IMG/VR virus record: IMGVR_UViG_3300037484_000032
Coordinates: 1 to 51,095 of that record
Direction: 5' to 3' (one strand)
DNA from: a virus
Taxonomy: Duplodnaviria; Caudoviricetes
Length of the DNA stretch: 51,095 nucleotides
In this document: positions 18,179-24,971 of the stretch, in pieces
Numbering within the stretch: position 1 is the first letter of the stretch
Layout: each line of letters starts with the position of its first letter
Translations under genes and position numbers: made by a program
The notes under the pieces: model-generated
Database searches by the model: none
Told to the model about the DNA's origin: nothing
What the model saw: only the letters and a program-made list of their open reading frames with translations

Positions 18179-18739
18179 TTAGTAAATGTTGAAAACGTTT
18201 TCCAGGCCCGTGTATTGTTTCACAATAGCGTCAATCCATACACGGAAAGGACTGTTGCTACTTTCCCATTCAGGGTGGGGTTGGATGGCGAGGCACTTCG
18301 TTTTCGGGAACCAAACCACTTCGGGTGCGGCTTCCAGGATGTGCTTCCCGTTGTCCTCATCATACACAGGTGTGTAGAAAGGACACCATGCAATGACCTT
18401 GTATTCTTCTTCTGGCACGGTATCGAGCCGCATGATTTGGTGATGCCCAGCCGCTGCCGATTTGAGGAAGCCATGCTTGAAATTCAGGCCGTGAGATTCA
18501 TCATGATGGTCACTGTGTTGCCACAGTTCACCTCCGTTAGCCACACAGATCAACTGTGCGCCACGGCAGATACCAATGATGGGCAATCCCTTGTCCTGAT
18601 ACTCCGCGATTGCGAGAAGTTCACGCTCATCACGGGCTACATTGGGTGGTTGTGCGAGGTAGTGACGTTTCTTTCCATAGCGGCGTGAATCCACATCCAC
18701 ACCACCTTCCAGCAACAAAAACTGGTCTGTTTGAATCAT
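18179..18739 (-). CDS. Class I glutamine amidotransferase / peptidase C26-like
   Basis: GGVDV, GICRGAQ, HHQ, IQPHPE (Cys-His-Glu triad). Confidence 0.88.
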   Translation of the reverse strand: MIQTDQFLLLEGGVDVDSRRYGKKRHYLAQPPNVARDERELLAIAEYQDKGLPIIGICRGAQLICVANGGELWQHSDHHDESHGLNFKHGFLKSAAAGHHQIMRLDTVPEEEYKVIAWCPFYTPVYDEDNGKHILEAAPEVVWFPKTKCLAIQPHPEWESSNSPFRVWIDAIVKQYTGLENVFNIY

Positions 18740-18741
18740 GT

Positions 18742-18996
18742 CTATTTCACCAGATAGAGGGCCGGTTTTGCCGGAACTTCCTTCTGTTCCACAGGAGCCA
18801 CAGCAACCAGCGGTGGCAGCGACTTTGTGATGTGTTCCAGCACTTCTTTGACCACGTTCTTGGTCAGGTGCTTGCCATTCACGAATTGCAAATGACCGAC
18901 CTTGTTGTTCCAGCGCACACGGGTATGGTTCTTCCATCCGTTGCCAGTGAACACATCGTACATTCCGAACGTACCTGCTTTGAGAATCTTGGGCAT
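18742..18996 (-). CDS. Hypothetical protein
   Basis: Strong SD AAGGAGG. Confidence 0.7.
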   Translation of the reverse strand: MPKILKAGTFGMYDVFTGNGWKNHTRVRWNNKVGHLQFVNGKHLTKNVVKEVLEHITKSLPPLVAVAPVEQKEVPAKPALYLVK

Positions 18997-19077
18997 GACT
19001 ACCTCCTTAGAAATACAGATTGGAAATCAGAATCCCATACTCAGCAAAGAGCATGAACAACATTACGAGAACGTGTT

Positions 19078-19269
19078 TCATTGCACCAATTCCTCCATCA
19101 GTTTAAAGCGTTTCTCTGGGTAATACTGTTTGATGCGAGCATTCACCATTTTTTCACAGTCTTTCCATCCATCAGTACGCCCCTTCCAGTACTCATTATT
19201 CAATTGTATCCTGAAGGAAACGTATTGAATTACAAGCAACACAGCCAGAACTGCAACTATGATTACCAT
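19078..19269 (-). CDS. Small membrane-anchored protein
   Basis: N-terminal TM helix MVIIVAVLAVLLVI; TAATG overlap. Confidence 0.6.
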   Translation of the reverse strand: MVIIVAVLAVLLVIQYVSFRIQLNNEYWKGRTDGWKDCEKMVNARIKQYYPEKRFKLMEELVQ

Positions 19270-19766
19270 TACTTTATCCTCATCTTCAGTTGTATGGCTA
19301 CCACAACAGTGGGTAACCAAGTGATGTTAAAACCAGTTTCCTCTCCATCACAGGAGATAAGAAACCCCCCGATGGGTGTTGCAGGAAATCTATCTGCATA
19401 ACCCGTCGCCATTCCAGCCATACCACCAGCCTTCCAGCATCCAGTTTGCACTGGCCTCCATGCGTACACACCGTAGTTGGTGTGCTTGTTTAGACTGTTA
19501 CGATATTCACCAACGATAACGCTTTCGCTTTCGTTGTAATCGTACTCCAGGCCGAGACCAGTGTTGTTATCCCTATACTTGGCATGAGTCTGCCCCATAG
19601 GGTTCCATTCTTCTGTGGCTTGGTCATTGTTGTGCCTTGACCACATACCTGTGGTAAACCAAACTGCCGTTTCATCCTTCTGTTCCACCGCCCCTGTTTC
19701 CCTGCAATGGGTAAGCAGGCCAGCCAAAACAATCCAAGCAACAATTGCAAGAGCAAGTTCTTTCAT
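19269..19766 (-). CDS. Exported PagP-like outer-membrane beta-barrel protein
   Basis: Signal/TM N-terminus; WSRH..N.GLGLEY..YRNS..Y..AG..TGY pattern with alternating strands. Confidence 0.5.
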   Translation of the reverse strand: MKELALAIVAWIVLAGLLTHCRETGAVEQKDETAVWFTTGMWSRHNNDQATEEWNPMGQTHAKYRDNNTGLGLEYDYNESESVIVGEYRNSLNKHTNYGVYAWRPVQTGCWKAGGMAGMATGYADRFPATPIGGFLISCDGEETGFNITWLPTVVVAIQLKMRIK

Positions 19767-19978
19767 ATCAATTCCCTCCACCATTTGTAAAGATCACGAT
19801 AAACAATCTGCACAGCAGCTATGGGTGAAATGTACTCTTTGCCACGGTGCATTCCGAATAACCAAAGAACCAGCACAAGTAATGGAGAAAACAAATAGAG
19901 AACAAGCATAATAATCATTCCCCTATCGTCAATCTTCCTTTTGCTAGTCCCATTGTGATGCTTGTTATATCCTTTCAT
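19763..19978 (-). CDS. Small membrane protein
   Basis: One long hydrophobic segment; coupled ORF. Confidence 0.6.
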   Translation of the reverse strand: MKGYNKHHNGTSKRKIDDRGMIIMLVLYLFSPLLVLVLWLFGMHRGKEYISPIAAVQIVYRDLYKWWRELI

Positions 19979-20124
19979 TACTTTCTCCTCAAATCCCTCA
20001 TGAACTCTTCACGCAAGGTTTTGCTGATTGCCAACATAATGATGAACACAGCAATAGAGAATGCCCCTATTATCAGTAGCAAGAGGAAGAAAGGGGCTAT
20101 TGCTTCAATGAGTTTGTCCATGAT

Positions 20125-20349
20125 TTATCCAATCGTTACACGTCTACAAACATGGGCTGGGAGCTTTGCTTGAATCTGTGTCTTTACACAGTCAGCAATT
20201 TCCCCCCGTTCTTTAAATGGAATTCTTTGTTGCTCACGCAACTGACTTGTAGCAATTCTTGGCGCTGGATTATACCCCATAGCGAGGTACTCAATGCAGC
20301 AAATTGCCATGATGAAATAGAGAACTTTTTCCATGATGTTTCCTTTCAC
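20125..20349 (-). CDS. Small membrane-anchored early protein (likely start 20334)
   Basis: SD AAAGGA before MEKVLYF. Confidence 0.55.
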   Translation of the reverse strand: MKGNIMEKVLYFIMAICCIEYLAMGYNPAPRIATSQLREQQRIPFKERGEIADCVKTQIQAKLPAHVCRRVTIG

Positions 20350-20415
20350 TACTGTTGAAAAAGAACTAATTGTGAATAACAGAGGATAACTTCTGCTATC
20401 CCCTGCTATTGGCGA

Positions 20416-20553
20416 TTACTTCTTGTTGCTTCCAGGGCAACGGTAGCCGTCAGACCCACGATGACCGTCCGCGATTTTCTGCTGGCCAATCATGCGGTGG
20501 TATTCATGGCGACGAGCATCCAGGCGGGCTTGCACTTTACGTCCTTTTTTCAT
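20416..20553 (-). CDS. 45-aa basic early protein
   Basis: Manual translation MKKGRKVQARLDARR...CPGSNKK; SD AAGGAG. Confidence 0.65.
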   Translation of the reverse strand: MKKGRKVQARLDARRHEYHRMIGQQKIADGHRGSDGYRCPGSNKK

Positions 20554-20645
20554 GTTGTTCTCCTTGAACTAACAACGAACCCAACTACCTGTTGGTGAGG
20601 TTTTGATGTACATGAGACCAAACCATCGTCTCTTTTGGAAGTACA

Positions 20646-20819
20646 TTACTTCCCTTCCTTCACCACGGCGTTGACAAACGCCATCTGAATTTGGGATGCA
20701 CCAACCAAACGCTTGGCCTTTGCAATCGTGCTGTAGCCACGAGGCAATGGCTGGGAATGATAGATGCGAAGAGGCTGATTCTCAGCCACCTTTGTTATTA
20801 CATCAACGATTGTTGCCAT
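20646..20819 (-). CDS. 57-aa early protein
   Basis: Manual translation MATIVDVITK...VVKEGK; SD AGGAAGG. Confidence 0.6.
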   Translation of the reverse strand: MATIVDVITKVAENQPLRIYHSQPLPRGYSTIAKAKRLVGASQIQMAFVNAVVKEGK

Positions 20820-21326
20820 GACACACCTTCCTTTCTCTACGGTTGAACAACTGAAAGATATTTGTTAATGTCCTTTAGTTGTCCCCCTTCCGAAGAAGGG
20901 GAATAGTATATAAGTGTTTGGGTTATATGGTTGTAGTGTATAGCTTGCGCTACATGATGGTCTCCATTGGTTAATACCACGTCCCCAGGCTTCTGGTAGA
21001 AATCAATATGACCGACCCTACATTTAATAGATTAATCGGCCTTCCTGATAGTAAGTCTTATAAGCATTCACCCTATTCAAGGCACGGCGTTTTGCCCTAC
21101 GCCTTTTGTTTCTTTCGGCAATCTTTGTCTTTGTCATGGTATCACCTCACAACATTGGGTCAGTCTTTGCACGTTCCAGGAGCATCTTTGTTTCACGCTC
21201 CAGCAAGGCAATCTGAATTTTAACCGGAAGATTCTTTCTCTTTTCCAGGATTACGTTGAACATGATAGCCTCCATTGCTACGTTGATAAATGGAAGGGGG
21301 CTATTGCTAACCCCCTTAGGTTTACC

Positions 21327-21884
21327 TTACGCCGCTGCCGGTGCTTGTTGTGCCGCGATTGCTGCCGCTGCCGCTGCGCCTGCTGCTGCTTTGTGCTTGG
21401 CAAGAAGGGCACTCACCTCTTCCACCACTTCGGGTGAAATGATTTCCACTTCCACGCCTGCCGCCGCCTTTTCCTTGGCCGTTGTCAGGCGATTGACGAT
21501 TGCCTGCAACATGCTCAAGCCGTTGAACTTGAAGACGTGGTGCGTCTGTTCCGTTAGTTCCCAGTAGGGAGTAGCTTCAGCTTCAGTCAACATCGCTTCG
21601 ATTGTCTCCGCGTTAATGTCACGCCGCGCACGGTAGACCAGCTTTCCGGCCTTCATGCCCAACTTCCCGTAGTGACACAACCACTTTTCCACACGGGCGG
21701 CGTCATGCTTCTTGCCCATTGCTTCGAGCAAGCGAACAGCGAAGCCATCATTGCCGTGCGTGTTCACCTGTTCCAGGGCGAACATGCCCGCATTGTGGAT
21801 GTATTGCGCCAGTGCCTCACCGCTTTTCTTGATTGCAACAAGGGTGGAGTTAAAACCTTTTTCATTCTGAATTGCTTTCGCCAT
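21327..21884 (-). CDS. First early protein (hypothetical, Ala-rich C-terminus)
   Basis: 185-aa ORF with GC-rich codons and SD AAAGG/CAGG. Confidence 0.8.
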   Translation of the reverse strand: MAKAIQNEKGFNSTLVAIKKSGEALAQYIHNAGMFALEQVNTHGNDGFAVRLLEAMGKKHDAARVEKWLCHYGKLGMKAGKLVYRARRDINAETIEAMLTEAEATPYWELTEQTHHVFKFNGLSMLQAIVNRLTTAKEKAAAGVEVEIISPEVVEEVSALLAKHKAAAGAAAAAAIAAQQAPAAA

Positions 21885-21943
21885 GATAGTACCTGCCTTT
21901 CTTTTTAGGTTGCGGATAATATATAGGGCTATCCGCTTGCCCC

Positions 21944-21972
21944 AAAAAGACCACTATTGCTAATGGCCTTTT
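21944..21972 (-). terminator. Terminator-like hairpin closing the candidate ncRNA
   Basis: Minus strand AAAAGGCCATTA-GCAA-TAGTGGTCTTTTT; its two G-U pairs form only on the minus strand. Confidence 0.55.
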
Positions 21973-22569
21973 CGTTAGTAGGGGTCTAGTTGCCGTCCGC
22001 TTTTCTGTCGTTGTCACAGTTTTAGCGGTCTAGGTTCCCCTAATCGTTTCCGTCATGGTTATTGGGGCTTTTAAAGTGGGGGTTTACCCCTGAGCCTTGT
22101 GCGTGCTGTATTACAGCGAACGCGCCAGTCGTAGCCGGATACACTTACACGTTGCCTAGTGGTAGAGAGTCTTATTGTCATTGCTCAATACTCCGGTGGT
22201 GTCGCCCTAGCTGTGGCCATTGTTTCAAGCCTTGCCCCCAGTTGCTGTGTTCCATCCAGGTTAGTGGTTACTCACTCACTCCGCTGGACATTGGCTATAT
22301 TTTGGGGGTGTCGCCTTACGGGGCACACCTGTTCGCTTTGTTATGCAGTAGCGTGCTGCCTTCCGAGGATGACCGACTATCTCTAGTCATATCGGGTATA
22401 AGTCTATAGGGCTTATTGTCGTTAGTAGCCCGCGCATGCCTATATGGTACAGTGTTTGAGCATACATATCAGGGAAAGTTCCAGACTGTCCGTGAGTACA
22501 CCCACACAAGGTAGGGTTTCAGATGCTGTAGACCTTCGCCCACTAATCACCGATGTCCTACCTTTGCAC
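21944..22569 (-). ncRNA. Candidate large structured non-coding RNA / leader (~625 nt)
   Basis: No minus-strand ORF >=60 aa; GC-rich; nested stems; GNRA-capped hairpins at 21957, 22181, 22268, 22316, 22380; bounded by a promoter and a terminator-like hairpin. Confidence 0.5.
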
Positions 22570-22579
22570 CCCAATAGAA

Positions 22580-22596
22580 TGCAAGGCCCATGCCAA
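22580..22596 (-). promoter_or_regulatory. sigma54 (RpoN) -24/-12 promoter
   Basis: TTGGCATGGGCCTTGCA = TGGCA-N6-TTGCA, i.e. GG-N10-GC. Confidence 0.7.
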
Positions 22597-22624
22597 TGTG
22601 CTCGGATAAATCCTCCCATCGTTC

Positions 22625-22637
22625 TAATTAACTGATT
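22625..22637 (-). promoter_or_regulatory. IHF site (promoter-proximal)
   Basis: AATCAG-TTAA-TTA matches WATCAR-N4-TTR. Confidence 0.55.
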
Positions 22638-22716
22638 AATAAGGAATAAATCTACAACTATATTAGGAAAGACTAATAGAGTATATTAGAGGATGATTAT
22701 ATATATAGGTAGATAG

Positions 22717-22825
22717 TGCCGTAAAACGTCAGGTTGACTGACAATTTAGGTCACATGCAATGTAAATCATTGATTCTAATAGCCTGGATTGTGACGTTTA
22801 TTGTCACCCATGCACTACTGTGTCA
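22717..22825. promoter_or_regulatory. Cluster of TGAC-N7-GTCA palindromes (putative enhancer-binding-protein sites) with a central IHF site at 22763-22775
   Basis: tgccgtaaaacgtca 22717, tgacaatttaggtca 22739, gtgacgtttattgtcac 22791, degenerate tgcactactgtgtca 22811; AATCAATGATTTA on the minus strand. Confidence 0.55.
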
Positions 22826-23252
22826 TTATCCTATTGATAACTAACAGTTAAATCGCACGGAATGGTAATGAGTACGATACTATTAAATGTGGGGAATGTA
22901 ATTTAGTATTGACACACCCAATAATTAATCAACTAATGATTAATTCCTGTCCGAATGTTCTAATATAATTGAATTCTAAAGCACGATTGCGAAGCAATGC
23001 GTTTGAAGGGGGAAGGGGGGATTGGGGTGTACTTATTGGGTTGCACTACACCCAAATAATTTCTCATAGAAATTCCCAGACTTCGGGAATTTTGACTAGA
23101 AATGTTAGAATATTGACACAATGATTCTGGGGAACGGAGAATTAATTCGAGTACCCCCTTGACAATATTGTGTTCGGGATATGAGACTATGATACATCCC
23201 TCACACAAATAGAGATAAAAAGGAGAAATATAAAATATATTATTATAACTTC

Positions 23253-23281
23253 TTGCGGTTATACTTTATTTATGCTATACT
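23253..23281 (+). promoter_or_regulatory. sigma70-type promoter at the head of the virion arm
   Basis: TTGCGG-N17-TATACT with extended TGn -10 and an AT-rich upstream segment. Confidence 0.55.
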
Positions 23282-23580
23282 ATAAGTATGTTTTGAATTA
23301 AATGAGAAACAAAACATTAATAGGGTTCACAAGAACCCGAACCCAATCTGAAACATAGGGGTTCAACAAAGAACCCCGTAATAAACATCTAAAGAAGTAT
23401 AAATTAATAACATACTTCTAGTAGTACTCAAAGAGGGATAGTCTATTCCTTTCTCTCGAAAGTACTCATTTCTTACCGGAGAATTCTTTCTTGAAAAAAA
23501 GACCTTTTACTGTTTCTGAGGAACGGAGTGAAACGAGTACCTCCTACTCTTCGAGTTTCTTTATAGAGAATCCTTCTCTT

Positions 23581-24111
23581 ATGAAGCAATGGCACTCTGT
23601 TCTGAAGGATGACAGGAATGTGGCTCGTACCACTTCCTTGTTCTTCGAGTCTAAGAGAGAAGCTGACCCACATCTTATTCCTATCTTTACTCTTAAAGAT
23701 GAGGACTACACTACTGGTGGTGTAACTTACATTGCTCTCAAGCCTATCTATTTCTCTTACGACCATATCCCAAACTTTGAATATCAGTTTGCTCTTGATG
23801 TATTTGGTTCTTGGGAAATCTGGACAAAGCTTACACGCTCTTATATTCGTACCGAGTTCCAGTCTTGGCGTGACGAACTAGAAGTAAAGATTAAAGCTAA
23901 CGCTATTCAAGCTATGATTAATGCTTCTAAGGAATCTGATGCTAAAGGTGTTCAGGCTGCTAAGTACCTCGCTGACAAGGGTTACGTCACTGAGAAGAAA
24001 CGTGGGCGTCCCTCTAACGAGGATGTAGAACGCGAACGTAAACTCCAAGCAGAAGTCCGAGACACTCTGGCTGCTGATATGGAACGTCTTGGTCTTAAAG
24101 TAGCTAAATAA
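23581..24111 (+). CDS. Putative terminase small subunit
   Basis: First gene of the virion arm; EYQFA..WRDELEVKI..AAKYLADKGY..KRGRPS; function inferred from position and features. Confidence 0.5.
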   Translation: MKQWHSVLKDDRNVARTTSLFFESKREADPHLIPIFTLKDEDYTTGGVTYIALKPIYFSYDHIPNFEYQFALDVFGSWEIWTKLTRSYIRTEFQSWRDELEVKIKANAIQAMINASKESDAKGVQAAKYLADKGYVTEKKRGRPSNEDVERERKLQAEVRDTLAADMERLGLKVAK

Positions 24112-24176
24112 GAAAATAAACGCTTCTAGGGCCATTATAGAGCTTTCTAGGGGTATAGGAGAATATCATTCCGTAC

Positions 24177-24440
24177 ATGAAAAATGGAAAACGTGATTAC
24201 CAAGCTGAGAAAACTTGGGACCATAAGCATAAAAACGGCCAACGCTTGAAAGATCGTGCAGAACGAAATGCTGCTCGTAAAGAACTTGGTCTTAAGGTTG
24301 GTGACCCCCGACAAGCAGACCATAAGAAAGAACTGGTAAAGGGTGGTAGTAATAGTAAGAAAAATCTTCGGGCTGTCTCTGCCAAGACGAATATGCACAA
24401 AGAAGCAGTACGTAAACAAAACGCAGCAAAACGAAAATAA
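24177..24440 (+). CDS. Small basic HNH endonuclease
   Basis: ADHKKELVKGGSN..NLRAVS..N. Confidence 0.7.
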   Translation: MKNGKRDYQAEKTWDHKHKNGQRLKDRAERNAARKELGLKVGDPRQADHKKELVKGGSNSKKNLRAVSAKTNMHKEAVRKQNAAKRK

Positions 24441-24516
24441 CTTAAGAGTGTTCGATCTAGAACACGATCTCATTTAAAGGAGCGGAACCGAGAGGTGAGC
24501 ACCGGAGGAAATAAAC

Positions 24517-24969
24517 ATGTTTAAGCACATTAATGAACTAGAACTTACTAGTATTCGTACTGCAAAGAAAGGGGCTGCTGTAATTACAGATGGTCAAGTT
24601 CTTTTCACTATCTCTAACTCCCCAATTCTTGTCCATAAACTTATTGGTTACTGTGTAACAGCAAATGATGCTACCGCCTCAACTGTCACCTTCAATGCCG
24701 ATGGTACTCTTGGGGCGTCTACTGCAATCACTGGTACTAGTGCTTCTTTGGCAAGTGCAACAGCAGGTACTGCAATTATTTGTTCACTAGCTACAGCAGC
24801 TACTGTTCCGGCTGTTGTCGCAAGTGGTGTAGGTATAGCAGCACATTCTACTAAAACACTAGTACCGCCAGGTGTTATTAATGTTACTGTGGCGGTTGGT
24901 TCTACTACTGGTACATGGGAATGGTATCTTCAATATGAACCGTTGGCTCAAGATGCTGTGGTGTCCTAA
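24517..24969 (+). CDS. Putative virion accessory protein (Thr/Ala-rich, beta)
   Basis: Composition, SD GGAGG, adjacent to the tail spike. Confidence 0.55.
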   Translation: MFKHINELELTSIRTAKKGAAVITDGQVLFTISNSPILVHKLIGYCVTANDATASTVTFNADGTLGASTAITGTSASLASATAGTAIICSLATAATVPAVVASGVGIAAHSTKTLVPPGVINVTVAVGSTTGTWEWYLQYEPLAQDAVVS

Positions 24970-24971
24970 TT

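Noticed and set aside
18740-18937. N-terminal extensions in the ORF track (18937, 17077, 14238, 23491, 37465, 44599, 49923)
   Set aside because: Most overlap neighbouring genes; downstream starts with SD, stop/start coupling or better protein-like sequence fit better
20900-21030. ATG-TAG pairs suggesting stop-codon reassignment
   Set aside because: All core genes are intact in the standard bacterial code, and the tRNA is Gly, not a suppressor
22062-22635. Plus-strand ORFs of 63-115 aa within the candidate ncRNA
   Set aside because: Non-protein-like composition, no clear SD, mutually overlapping, and opposite to the promoter and hairpin polarity
23113-23190. TTGACA hexamers at ~23113 and ~23159 as promoters
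   Set aside because: No acceptable -10 element at 16-18 bp spacing
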